The notes under the pieces: model-generated
Database searches by the model: none
What the model was told of the DNA's origin: nothing
The model's input: only the letters and a program-made list of their open reading frames with translations
Made by a program: the position numbers and the translations under genes
Source: Prochlorococcus sp. AG-679-M23
GTDB taxonomy: Bacteria > Cyanobacteriota > Cyanobacteriia > PCC-6307 > Cyanobiaceae
Assembly: GCA_003208875.1 (NCBI GenBank)
Contig: QCUR01000002.1
Coordinates: 1-64,000 of the forward strand
DNA: 64,000 nt
Direction: 5' to 3'
Part shown: piece after piece, positions 22,046 through 31,704 of the stretch
How positions within the stretch are numbered: the stretch's first letter is position 1
Layout: the number at the start of each line of letters is the position of its first letter

Positions 22046-23125
22046 TTAAAGATTTATTTTTAAAACTATACCTAAAACAACAAGTAATATGTTTACTTTC
22101 CAGAAGTTTTCAACTATTTTTTCTTCTTTGATACCCTTTAGTTCAAAATGATGATGAATTGGTGTCATCAAAAAGACTTTCTTCCCTTTTTTAAATAATT
22201 TTTTGGTAATTTTAAAAAAACTGACTTGAATCATTACTGATAGAGCTTCAGTAATAAATATTCCTGAGATAATAAATAACGTAAAAAAACTATTAGTTAA
22301 TATTGAAATAGATCCTAACGCCGCACCAATTGTTAATGATCCAGTATCTCCCATAAATATCTTTGCAGGATATTTGTTGTACTTTAGAAAACCTATACAT
22401 AAACCCGACATTGCATAGGAAATAAGACCATAAATTATTAAATCTTTTTGACCTTTAATAAATATTTCCGTACCAAGTCCAAAAAAAACTATTGCGCTAC
22501 ATCCTGCTGCTAAACCGTCCAGACCGTCAGTCAAATTTACTGCATTACTTAGTCCTACTAAAGTTAAAAAACAGATTGGAAAAATTACTATATTAGTATC
22601 TATATTCCAATTATTAGATATAGTGATCAAAGGATTAATATAATTGCTTTGACTTGCAAATATGATAAATAAAACTGCAGTCAAAGCTTGTAACGTAAAT
22701 TTTTCATTTGACTTTAGACCTGTATTTTTTTTCTTTGCAATACTTAAATAATCGTCTAGAAATCCTATTATAAAAAAACTTATAGTACAAAAAAATAATA
22801 ATAATATACCAATAGAATTAAAGTAATTATTAACTATTAAAAGTAGTAATAAAAAGGGCAAAATAATAAATATTCCGCCCATAGTAGGAGTATTTGTCTT
22901 ATTAAAATGAAAAGATGGACCTTCACTTCTTATATTTTGTAATAAATTTAATCTTGTAATTATCTTAAAACCGTATTTTGTTATTACTAAGGAAATTAAA
23001 CTTGATATTAGAAAACTTTTAATTATTAGTAAACTATTGAAAATGTACGAATTTACTATTAATGAAATTACTAGTAAAAAAAATAATGATGTAAAAGTTA
23101 GTGATCTAGTCTTCCCAATCATCAT
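22046..23125 (-). CDS. mraY: Phospho-N-acetylmuramoyl-pentapeptide transferase
   Basis: TPTMGG, GFLDD, NAVNLTDGLDGLA, FMGDTGS and PIHHHFEL motifs. Confidence 0.96.
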   Translation of the reverse strand: MMIGKTRSLTFTSLFFLLVISLIVNSYIFNSLLIIKSFLISSLISLVITKYGFKIITRLNLLQNIRSEGPSFHFNKTNTPTMGGIFIILPFLLLLLIVNNYFNSIGILLLFFCTISFFIIGFLDDYLSIAKKKNTGLKSNEKFTLQALTAVLFIIFASQSNYINPLITISNNWNIDTNIVIFPICFLTLVGLSNAVNLTDGLDGLAAGCSAIVFFGLGTEIFIKGQKDLIIYGLISYAMSGLCIGFLKYNKYPAKIFMGDTGSLTIGAALGSISILTNSFFTLFIISGIFITEALSVMIQVSFFKITKKLFKKGKKVFLMTPIHHHFELKGIKEEKIVENFWKVNILLVVLGIVLKINL

Positions 23126-23384
23126 TTGAAACGTCTTCTTCGGTTTTATAATCTTCTTTTTCTCCCATTAAAGCTGAAAGTTCTTCTTCTTCAATTGTAC
23201 TTATTTCTTGAGAATCTCCATCTTTTTCGTTTACAAGTCTGCCTGTGTCTTCTAGCCAAGATAGTAAATCAGGTTCTTCTCTTAATGGCAATACAGGAGC
23301 AGGGTCTTCTCTGTGATAGCAAGTTAAGGCTGGATTTACCTCAGCAATTTCGTTTAATCTAATTTTGAGTTTATTAGAATCCAT
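23106..23384 (-). CDS. DUF3134-like cyanobacterial protein
   Basis: NPAL...REDPAPVLPL...LLSWLEDTGRL motif with an acidic tail. Confidence 0.75.
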   Translation of the reverse strand: MDSNKLKIRLNEIAEVNPALTCYHREDPAPVLPLREEPDLLSWLEDTGRLVNEKDGDSQEISTIEEEELSALMGEKEDYKTEEDVSNDDWED

Positions 23385-23439
23385 TTAAAAAAAATTATTA
23401 CTTATATACCATAATACATAAACATGTACTTAAAGAATT

Positions 23440-23625
23440 TTGTTTAATAAAGAAAATTTAAAATATTTTCTAATTTGGCCAATGTCAATCTTGCTAGCCA
23501 TTTTTTTTAAATACTATGGCTTTTTAAATCCAGATATTTTATTAATTAATAATTATCTTGTACTTTTATTAGTTTTTGGTCCAGCACTTGTAGTTACAAT
23601 AATATTAGTTTTTAATAAAATTTAG
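23440..23625 (+). CDS. Small two-TM membrane protein
   Basis: Two hydrophobic segments; fills the gap before argG; TTG start. Confidence 0.6.
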   Translation: MFNKENLKYFLIWPMSILLAIFFKYYGFLNPDILLINNYLVLLLVFGPALVVTIILVFNKI

Positions 23626-23657
23626 AAAGTTGAAGTCCTAATTACTTTCAGCTTTCT
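23624..23657 (+). terminator. Stem-loop between the small membrane gene and argG (possible terminator or stability element)
   Basis: AGAAAGTTGAAGT-CCTAATT-ACTTTCAGCTTTCT inverted repeat, followed by the argG SD GGAGGT (23663-23668). Confidence 0.4.
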
Positions 23658-23676
23658 TTACTGGAGGTAAATTTTA

Positions 23677-24891
23677 ATGCAGCAGGTAAAAAAAGTTGTT
23701 CTTGCATATTCTGGAGGGGTTGATACTAGTGTCTGCATTCCATATTTAAAAAATGAATACGGTATTTCAGAAGTTATAACTTTTGTAGCTGATCTTGGCC
23801 AAGGAGATGATTTAGAGATTGTCAGACAAAAAGCTTTAAACTCAGGCGCAACAAAATCTGTAATTGGTAATTTAGTAGATAATTTTGTAGAAAAGTATGC
23901 TTTTCCTGCTATTAGAGCGAATGCACTTTATGGTGAAAAGTATCCTTTATCAACCGCTTTGGCTAGACCACTGATAGCTGAAAATCTCGTAAATTTGGCA
24001 AGAGAACTAAATGCTGACGCAGTGGCGCATGGCTGTACAGGAAAAGGAAATGATCAAGTAAGATTTGATTTGGCTATTCATGCTTTAGGACCCGATTTAC
24101 AGATTATTACACCTGCCAGAGAATGGCACATGAGTAGAGAAGAAGCTATTTTATATGGTGAAAAATTTGGAATTCCAGCTCCTGTTTCCAAGAAGTCTCC
24201 TTATTCGATCGATGTAAATCTTCTTGGTCGTAGTATTGAAGCTGGCTTATTGGAAGATCCAATGCAAGAACCAAATGAAGACGTTTTTGATATGACTTCA
24301 TCTATTAATAACGCACCAAATGCTCCAAAAGATATAGAAATTGTATTTCAAAATGGATTTCCTATTGCAATAGGAAATGAATTTTTAAGTCCTGTAGAGA
24401 TTATTCAAAAAGCTAATTCTCTAGCGGGAGAACATGGCTTTGGAAGAATAGACATGATTGAAGATAGAGTTGTCGGTATTAAGAGCAGAGAAATCTATGA
24501 GGCGCCTGGCCTCTTACTTCTTATAAAAGCTCACAAAGAATTGGAAAGCATAACATTAAATCCAGATGTATTAGATTTTAAAAATTTAGTAGAAAAAAAA
24601 TGGGGTCAATTAGTTTATCAGGGATTTTGGTTTGGTCCTCTCAAGCAAGCATTAGACGGTTTTATTAATTCCACTCAATCATCTGTTAATGGTAAGGTCA
24701 AAATAAGATTACATAAGGGGAATGCAATAGTAATTGGTCGTTCTTCTGAAAATAACTCTCTCTATAGGGAAGATTTGGCAACGTATAGTAAAGATGATAT
24801 TTTTAATCACAAGCAAGCAGAAGGATTTATTTATATGTGGGGGATGTCCAATAAAATATGGGCAGAACTAAATTCAAAAAAGAATAATTAG
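23677..24891 (+). CDS. argG: Argininosuccinate synthase
   Basis: [24 protein letters not shown] and [11 protein letters not shown]; strong SD. Confidence 0.97.
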   Translation: MQQVKKVVLAYSGGVDTSVCIPYLKNEYGISEVITFVADLGQGDDLEIVRQKALNSGATKSVIGNLVDNFVEKYAFPAIRANALYGEKYPLSTALARPLIAENLVNLARELNADAVAHGCTGKGNDQVRFDLAIHALGPDLQIITPAREWHMSREEAILYGEKFGIPAPVSKKSPYSIDVNLLGRSIEAGLLEDPMQEPNEDVFDMTSSINNAPNAPKDIEIVFQNGFPIAIGNEFLSPVEIIQKANSLAGEHGFGRIDMIEDRVVGIKSREIYEAPGLLLLIKAHKELESITLNPDVLDFKNLVEKKWGQLVYQGFWFGPLKQALDGFINSTQSSVNGKVKIRLHKGNAIVIGRSSENNSLYREDLATYSKDDIFNHKQAEGFIYMWGMSNKIWAELNSKKNN

Positions 24892-24903
24892 CGTTCAAGA
24901 CTC

Positions 24904-25362
24904 TTAGGACTCTTTAACTTGAGGAGATGGAGATTCAGAAGTTGCTGTCTTTTTATCATCTGTTTCGTCCTCTTTAGGTTCTAATTTATTGGTTGAGTCA
25001 ATATTCTCAATTTCTTTTTGTTCTGATTGATTAGATCCTTTACTAGAAGATCTTGGCGTTGGTAAAGGTCCCTCTTGTTTTACTGTCAGATATCTAATAA
25101 CATCTTCACTTAAACGCATCGCCTTCTCTATTTTGTAAATATGTTGACCATCACCTTGATGACTTAATTGTACATAAATACCTTCTCTATGTTTTGCTAT
25201 TTGATAAGCTAATCTCCTTTTACCTCTCATTTGACTATCGAGGATTTTACCCCCTAATTCTTCAAGAAGCTTATTATATTTTTCTATATGATTAGTAACT
25301 TCATCCTCCGCTATATCTGGACGAAGAATGTACATTGTTTCGTAAAAAATTTGATCGGTCAT
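24904..25362 (-). CDS. rpsF: 30S ribosomal protein S6 with an acidic low-complexity C-terminal tail
   Basis: [19 protein letters not shown] and EDVIRYL; ATG at 25362. Confidence 0.96.
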   Translation of the reverse strand: MTDQIFYETMYILRPDIAEDEVTNHIEKYNKLLEELGGKILDSQMRGKRRLAYQIAKHREGIYVQLSHQGDGQHIYKIEKAMRLSEDVIRYLTVKQEGPLPTPRSSSKGSNQSEQKEIENIDSTNKLEPKEDETDDKKTATSESPSPQVKES

Positions 25363-25412
25363 AATTTCAGACAAGGTCTTTGGCTCAGAATTTGTTTAAT
25401 GAGCGTCTGTTC
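25363..25412 (-). promoter_or_regulatory. Structured rpsF 5' leader, candidate S6:S18-type autoregulatory RNA
   Basis: mRNA sense CAGAC-GCUCA-(12-nt loop)-UGAGC-CAAAGACCUU-GUCUG, ending 5 nt before the ATG. Confidence 0.5.
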
Positions 25413-25466
25413 ATTACTTACGATACATTATCAAGGTCAATTTATTTATAACTATTATTTATTTGA

Positions 25467-26324
25467 TTAAATATATTTTTTTAATGCATCATGCATAACC
25501 TCAAAAGGCACTTCTAATCCGTTTGTCCAATATGATAATGATTTTGCTCCTTGAGCAATTAGCATTTGTGTACCATCTATTGTCATGCATCCTTTTTTAT
25601 CGCAAAATTTTAAGAACGGAGTAGGAGAAGGATTGTAAATTAGGTCATAAACAATTGTTTTTGAGTTTATAGAATTCCAAAAACTTTCACCAAATGGTAT
25701 TTCAACATCATTTGTGGTGTTGATCATTCCAACTGGAGTTGTATTGATTATTAAATCAGCATCTTTAATTAATTTATCAATGTCGGAATTAGTGCTCAGC
25801 ATACCTTCTATTTCGATGTCATTTTTAAAATTGGTAATTAATTCATTTAAAGAATTTTTTTTTCGTGAAATGATTGTAATTTTTGATAATTTTAATTCTA
25901 TTAGACCTTGGATTACTGATCTTGCTGCTCCTCCAGATCCTAAAATTAACGAACTCTTTTTTACTAAATTAAGCTTTTTTAAAGGATAGATAAATCCATC
26001 AATATCGGTATTTGTTCCAATCCAATCTTTATTGTCTGTCAATTTAAGGGTATTTATGGCCTTTACTTTTTTTGCAACTGGAGATATTTCACTACAAATT
26101 TCAAAAACTTTTTGTTTAAAAGGAATTGTAATGTTCAGACCTTTACAATTCATTTTTTTTAGAGAATTAACAACTATTTCTAAATCTTCATTTTCACAAG
26201 GAATAGCCATGTAAATTAAATCAAGGCCTAAATATTTTATAGCTGCATTCTGCATAACTGGAGATAAAGAATGACTTACTGGGTTTCCAATCAAAGCAAG
26301 AAATGATGTTTTATTCGTGATCAT
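25467..26324 (-). CDS. aroE: Shikimate dehydrogenase
   Basis: IGNPVSHSLSP, GLNITIPFK, NTDIDG, LGSGGAAR and YDLIYNP; ATG at 26324. Confidence 0.95.
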   Translation of the reverse strand: MITNKTSFLALIGNPVSHSLSPVMQNAAIKYLGLDLIYMAIPCENEDLEIVVNSLKKMNCKGLNITIPFKQKVFEICSEISPVAKKVKAINTLKLTDNKDWIGTNTDIDGFIYPLKKLNLVKKSSLILGSGGAARSVIQGLIELKLSKITIISRKKNSLNELITNFKNDIEIEGMLSTNSDIDKLIKDADLIINTTPVGMINTTNDVEIPFGESFWNSINSKTIVYDLIYNPSPTPFLKFCDKKGCMTIDGTQMLIAQGAKSLSYWTNGLEVPFEVMHDALKKYI

Positions 26325-26357
26325 TATTAAAAGAAATTTTGCAAAAAATTGTGATCT

Positions 26358-26372
26358 GTTCGGGAACCACAC
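26358..26372 (+). promoter_or_regulatory. K-box-like element upstream of dnaK
   Basis: GTTCGGGAACCACAC resembles the cyanobacterial K-box GTTCGG-NNAN-CCNNAC; about 70 bp upstream of the dnaK ATG. Confidence 0.55.
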
Positions 26373-26440
26373 CTCGTTCTAGAGTAACAATAATGTCGTC
26401 AATGACCGATTATGGAGAATATTAAATAGAGTATCTACCC

Positions 26441-28345
26441 ATGGGGAAGGTTGTTGGAATCGATTTAGGGACAACTAATAGTTGTGTTGCTGTTATGGAA
26501 GGTGGTAAACCCACTGTAATAGCAAATGCGGAGGGTTTCAGAACAACACCATCTGTTGTTGCATACACAAAAAATCAAGATCAGCTCGTTGGTCAAATAG
26601 CAAAACGACAAGCTGTTATGAATCCTGAAAATACTTTTTACTCGGCCAAGCGTTTTGTTGGAAGAAGAGTTGATGAAGTTAATGAAGAATCAAAAGATGT
26701 CAGTTACGGTATTGAAAAGGCTGGTTCAAATGTAAAATTAAAATGTCCAGTACTAGATAAACAATTTTCTCCTGAAGAAGTAAGTGCTCAGGTTTTAAGA
26801 AAACTTTCTGAAGATGCAGGTAAATATTTAGGAGAAAATATCACTCAAGCTGTCATAACTGTTCCGGCTTATTTTAATGATTCTCAAAGACAAGCTACAA
26901 AAGATGCCGGTAAGATAGCAGGCCTTGAAGTTTTAAGGATAATAAATGAACCTACAGCTGCAGCTTTAGCTTATGGATTAGATAAAAAAAGCAATGAAAG
27001 AATACTTGTTTTTGATTTAGGCGGCGGAACTTTTGATGTTTCGGTCTTAGAAGTTGGAGATGGCGTTTTTGAAGTTTTATCAACTTCTGGAGATACCCAT
27101 TTAGGCGGTGATGATTTTGATAGATGTATTGTTGATCACTTAGCAAGCATTTTTAAAAGCAACGAAGGGATTGATTTAAGACAGGATAAACAAGCTCTGC
27201 AACGTCTTACCGAAGCCGCTGAAAAGGCAAAAATTGAACTTTCAAATGCTACTCAAAGCGAAATTAACCTACCTTTTATAACTGCCACCCCAGAAGGTCC
27301 AAAACACCTTGATTTAAATTTGACCAGAGCTAATTTTGAAGAGCTTGCTTCTAAATTAATTGATAGATGTAGAGTTCCTGTAGAACAAGCTCTTAAGGAT
27401 GCAAAGCTATCTACAGGAGAGATTGATGAAATAGTAATGGTTGGGGGTTCAACTAGAATGCCTGCTGTTCAAGAGTTAGTTAAGAGAGTCACTGGTAAAG
27501 ATCCTAATCAAACTGTAAATCCAGATGAGGTTGTAGCTGTGGGTGCAGCTATTCAAGGAGGAGTTTTAGCAGGTGAAGTTAAAGACATACTGCTTTTGGA
27601 TGTTACCCCGTTATCTCTTGGTGTAGAGACCTTGGGGGGGGTAATGACTAAGATGATTACTCGAAATACAACGGTGCCAACAAAAAAATCAGAGACTTAT
27701 TCAACTGCAGTTGATGGTCAAACTAATGTTGAGATTCATGTTTTGCAGGGTGAGAGAGAAATGGCTTCAGATAATAAAAGTTTAGGAACCTTCAGACTTG
27801 ATGGTATTCCCTCTGCTCCAAGAGGCGTTCCGCAAATAGAAGTAACATTTGATATCGACGCAAATGGAATTTTAAGTGTTACTGCTAAAGATAAAGGAAG
27901 TGGTAAAGAACAATCTATCTCTATAACTGGTGCCTCAACTCTTTCAGACAATGAGGTTGATAAAATGGTTAAAGATGCAGAATCAAACGCCTCTGTTGAT
28001 AAAGAAAAAAGGGAGAAAATCGACTTAAAAAATCAAGCTGAAACGCTTGTTTATCAAACAGAAAAACAGTTGGGTGAACTTGGTGATAAAGTTGATGCTT
28101 CGGCTAAAACTAAGGTAGAAGAGAAAAGTAAAGAACTTAAAGAGGCAATTTCTAAAGAAGATTATGAATCCATGAAGAAGTTGTTAGAAGAACTTCAACA
28201 AGAGCTTTACGCAATTGGTTCTTCTGTATATCAACAGCCAGGTAATCAGCCTCCAGCACCAGGTGGTCCAGAGTCAAATGAATCTAATGATAAAGGGAAT
28301 GATGACGATGTGATTGACGCAGACTTTACAGAGACAAAAGATTAA
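26441..28345 (+). CDS. dnaK: Chaperone DnaK (DnaK2-type Hsp70)
   Basis: [27 protein letters not shown] and a C-terminal DDVIDADF. Confidence 0.98.
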   Translation: MGKVVGIDLGTTNSCVAVMEGGKPTVIANAEGFRTTPSVVAYTKNQDQLVGQIAKRQAVMNPENTFYSAKRFVGRRVDEVNEESKDVSYGIEKAGSNVKLKCPVLDKQFSPEEVSAQVLRKLSEDAGKYLGENITQAVITVPAYFNDSQRQATKDAGKIAGLEVLRIINEPTAAALAYGLDKKSNERILVFDLGGGTFDVSVLEVGDGVFEVLSTSGDTHLGGDDFDRCIVDHLASIFKSNEGIDLRQDKQALQRLTEAAEKAKIELSNATQSEINLPFITATPEGPKHLDLNLTRANFEELASKLIDRCRVPVEQALKDAKLSTGEIDEIVMVGGSTRMPAVQELVKRVTGKDPNQTVNPDEVVAVGAAIQGGVLAGEVKDILLLDVTPLSLGVETLGGVMTKMITRNTTVPTKKSETYSTAVDGQTNVEIHVLQGEREMASDNKSLGTFRLDGIPSAPRGVPQIEVTFDIDANGILSVTAKDKGSGKEQSISITGASTLSDNEVDKMVKDAESNASVDKEKREKIDLKNQAETLVYQTEKQLGELGDKVDASAKTKVEEKSKELKEAISKEDYESMKKLLEELQQELYAIGSSVYQQPGNQPPAPGGPESNESNDKGNDDDVIDADFTETKD

Positions 28346-29424
28346 ATAAAATATTTATTTAGTTCATTTGCTACCCAATGAGAACATGAAGGAGCAAGTA
28401 AAAATCCATTTTTATAGAAACCCGTACATATAATTAATCCATTTTCCAGATTTTTCTGAATAGGGGATGGTTCTCCTTCCGGTCTTGATCTAATGCCAAA
28501 CCATTTTCTCGTTACTCTTTCTCTAGATAGCCAGCTAGGTTTGTTCTCAATAAAATCAGTAAGTTTTTCGAAGATATTTTCTTCTGGTTTTTCATGATAT
28601 TCATCAGTAGAACCAATGATAATTTTATTTTTTGTTAAAGGAATTATGTTTTTGCCATTAATGTTGAAATGTTTTGGCAGGGATAATAAATTAACTTCAT
28701 GTAAGTTTGTACAAATTTCTAAAGCTTGACCCAAGACGGGTTTTAATTTGATTTTATGAGGCTTGTCTATTATTAAATTTATTGAATTAAGAGAATTACA
28801 TAAGATAATTGCATCAGTTTTGATTTCGTTATTACTTTTCGAAGCCGCAATCCATTGTTTGTTAAATCTTTTAATTTTTATTATTTCATCTTTTAAAAAA
28901 TTAATTTTTTTGTTTTTTAGGTAAATATTTAATGTATCTAATAATGATTGAGGATCTATTCTTCCATCTTTGTGGGAAATAACTCCTTTAATATTTTTTG
29001 TCTTGAAAATCTTATTGATATTTTTAATAATGATTGAGTCTTTCTCTAAAATTTCAAGTCCTTGGTTTGTATTGTAGTTAACAAATTTCTTTAGCTTTTC
29101 AAATTTTTCATCATTTGTTGTCAACTGTATTAATTGTTTTTCTATATGTAATTCAGGATTAAACTCTTGTAATAATTTGATCCATTTTGGCCACAATTCA
29201 AGGCTTTGTTTTCTAAGTATCCAACTTCTGCCATTCCTTTTTTGATATATGTACCCCATTAGAAGACCTAATGCAGCACTACTACTATTTTTGTCTAAAG
29301 TTGGATCTGCAATAGTTATTTGATACCCTAATTCAGACAGTTCTAATGCGTTAAACTTTCCTATTATGCCAGCACCTACAATCAGTATATGTGGTTTTTG
29401 AAAATTTTCTTTTAATCCTTTCAT
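28342..29424 (-). CDS. FAD-dependent oxidoreductase (DAO/glycine oxidase-like)
   Basis: IVGAGIIG Rossmann motif, [14 protein letters not shown] and [12 protein letters not shown]. Confidence 0.87.
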   Translation of the reverse strand: MKGLKENFQKPHILIVGAGIIGKFNALELSELGYQITIADPTLDKNSSSAALGLLMGYIYQKRNGRSWILRKQSLELWPKWIKLLQEFNPELHIEKQLIQLTTNDEKFEKLKKFVNYNTNQGLEILEKDSIIIKNINKIFKTKNIKGVISHKDGRIDPQSLLDTLNIYLKNKKINFLKDEIIKIKRFNKQWIAASKSNNEIKTDAIILCNSLNSINLIIDKPHKIKLKPVLGQALEICTNLHEVNLLSLPKHFNINGKNIIPLTKNKIIIGSTDEYHEKPEENIFEKLTDFIENKPSWLSRERVTRKWFGIRSRPEGEPSPIQKNLENGLIICTGFYKNGFLLAPSCSHWVANELNKYFI

Positions 29425-29472
29425 TGATATATTAGATGTACTTACTTATTTGATTAAACAATTAAATTTTCT

Positions 29473-30327
29473 TTGAAACATCCCTCAATTATATTCAAAA
29501 TTGTTTGCCCTGATCGTCCAGGCTTAGTAAGTAAGCTTACAAGTTGGATATCAAATTATGGTGGCAATATCAAGCATTCAGATCATCACACAGATCAAGA
29601 TGCGGGACTATTTCTTAGTAGGATTGAGTGGAATAGTATCCATACAACAATTAATAGAGAGGATATTTATGATAAGTTTCAAAAAATTGCAGTTGATATA
29701 AATGGAAAATTTAATATTAATTATTCAGATGAGATTCCGAATGTTGCTATTTTTGTGAGTAAACAAAATCATTGTTTAATTGATTTACTTTGGCGAGTAA
29801 GAAATGGTGAACTCAAAATGAATGTCCCATTAATAATTTCTAATCATCCTGATCTTGAAAGTATTGCAAATGACTTTAATTCACAATTTGTTTATTTTGA
29901 TACTGTTAATTCCTCGAAATCTGATGTTGAAGATCAGATTTTAAAATTAATCGATCAATTTGATATCGATTTTGTTGTATTAGCTAAATATATGCAAATT
30001 TTGAGTGATTCTTTTTTGCAAAAGTTTTCTTCAATAATAAATATTCATCATTCTTTCTTACCTGCTTTTAAGGGCGCTCAACCATATCATCGTGCATGGA
30101 AAAGGGGTGTAAAATTAATAGGTGCTACAGCACATTATGTAACTAAAGATCTTGATGAGGGCCCAATTATCGAACAATGTACTGTCAATGTAAGTCATAG
30201 AGATGAAGTTGATGATTTGATTCGAAAAGGCAGGGACATAGAGAGAGTTGCTTTGGCAAGGGCTGTTAGATTACATCTAAATCATCAAGTATTTGTTTAT
30301 AAGAGCAAAACCGCTGTTTTTGATTGA
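29473..30327 (+). CDS. purU: Formyltetrahydrofolate deformylase
   Basis: ACT domain CPDRPGLV, INIHHSFLPAFKGA and GATAHYVT..LDEGPII; TTG start. Confidence 0.95.
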   Translation: MKHPSIIFKIVCPDRPGLVSKLTSWISNYGGNIKHSDHHTDQDAGLFLSRIEWNSIHTTINREDIYDKFQKIAVDINGKFNINYSDEIPNVAIFVSKQNHCLIDLLWRVRNGELKMNVPLIISNHPDLESIANDFNSQFVYFDTVNSSKSDVEDQILKLIDQFDIDFVVLAKYMQILSDSFLQKFSSIINIHHSFLPAFKGAQPYHRAWKRGVKLIGATAHYVTKDLDEGPIIEQCTVNVSHRDEVDDLIRKGRDIERVALARAVRLHLNHQVFVYKSKTAVFD

Positions 30328-30336
30328 AAATAATTT

Positions 30337-31695
30337 TTAATCTTCTAATTCAATTTGAATTTGTCTTTCATAAATTGATTCTTCATTAAACGCTCTTGCT
30401 ATTAGGAAACTTGTAATACAGCTAATGAGAACGGGCTTCATAATTAATAAATTTTTTGTTAAAGCAAAAGCTAAGAACATTGCAGTTATTGGTGTTCTTG
30501 AACATCCAGCTACAAATGCCCCCATTCCAGCAAATATATATGTACTTGGGGCATGACCTGTAGCAATTTCTACCCAGGTTCCCATGATTAATCCAATAGC
30601 TCCTCCTAAAGTGAGCATCGGATAGAATAACCCTCCAGGGGCTCCAGATGCAGCGGCTAATCCTGTTGTTATAAAAAGTATAAATACAGCTAAAAAGGCT
30701 ATTTCAATATCCGTATTCTTTTCAACTATTATTTTTTGCAATTCATCTAAATTATGGAAAGAGCTAGGCAAAAAAGAATAAATGCTTCCAAGTAAAAGTC
30801 CGCAAATACTCATTTTTAGAACAAATTTATTTTTATACCATTTTTTTCCAAGCTTTTGCATAACAAGAACATACTTACTATAAAGTTCTGCGAATAATCC
30901 AATAATTATTCCAAGTAACACAAGGTAAATAAAATCAATAGGCAAGAAAAAGACAGATGGATCATATTCTTTTTGGATTAAAAAGCCTAGATTGAAATCA
31001 AAGCCCCCGGCTTTTGGATCTAAACCCAAGGCTTGAATGATATCTGCAGATGAATCTGCTATGAAAGTTGTAATTACGACTAATAATAAGATTACTGGTC
31101 TTGCAGAATTTAATAATTCTTCAATTGCGTAAATGAAGCCACCTAAAGGAGCGCTAAATACTGCTGCTATTCCAGCTCCACCTCCAGCAGCAACTATTAC
31201 TCTTCTAAATGCTAGAGGAGCTTTTAGCCATCTTGCCATTTGCCAAGCAACTGAACCCCCCATTTGAACTGATGGACCTTCAGGACCCAAAGGGAACCCG
31301 CTTCCGATTGCAATGATTCCAGATATTAATTTGACTAATCCAACTTTAAGATTCATGGGTACTTTTTTATGTCTTAAAAATCCCATGATTTGACTTACAC
31401 CTGAACCTTTCGCTGCAGGAGCAAAATTTTTAATCAAAAATCCTGCAATAGCTCCACCAACTGCACCAAATAGTGGTAAGACTGCAACAGACGGAAAATG
31501 ATTTAAAAGTTCTAATCTCCAATTATTTATAAAATAAATTCCAGTTTTAAAAGAAATACTAGTAATAGATGCCCCTAAACCTGTTAATAGAATTGATATA
31601 AAAACAACAAAAGATCTTTGTTTAAGTAATTTTTTAATGGTTCGAGAAGAGTTATTTCCTGTTTTTTTAATATTTTCTTTTATGAGGTTTCGCAT
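30337..31695 (-). CDS. ClC family chloride channel / H+/Cl- antiporter
   Basis: GSGVS, LGPEGPSVQ, GAGIAAVFSAPLGG and GGLFYP motifs. Confidence 0.92.
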   Translation of the reverse strand: MRNLIKENIKKTGNNSSRTIKKLLKQRSFVVFISILLTGLGASITSISFKTGIYFINNWRLELLNHFPSVAVLPLFGAVGGAIAGFLIKNFAPAAKGSGVSQIMGFLRHKKVPMNLKVGLVKLISGIIAIGSGFPLGPEGPSVQMGGSVAWQMARWLKAPLAFRRVIVAAGGGAGIAAVFSAPLGGFIYAIEELLNSARPVILLLVVITTFIADSSADIIQALGLDPKAGGFDFNLGFLIQKEYDPSVFFLPIDFIYLVLLGIIIGLFAELYSKYVLVMQKLGKKWYKNKFVLKMSICGLLLGSIYSFLPSSFHNLDELQKIIVEKNTDIEIAFLAVFILFITTGLAAASGAPGGLFYPMLTLGGAIGLIMGTWVEIATGHAPSTYIFAGMGAFVAGCSRTPITAMFLAFALTKNLLIMKPVLISCITSFLIARAFNEESIYERQIQIELED

Positions 31696-31704
31696 AGTCC
31701 ATGA

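Noticed and set aside
23385..23439. AATAC-N8-GTACT quasi-palindrome as a LexA or NtcA site
   Set aside because: Spacing and half-site orientation match neither consensus.
27634..27641. G8 homopolymer in dnaK as a phase-variation tract
   Set aside because: It encodes the conserved LGGV in frame in an essential chaperone; a synonymous coincidence.
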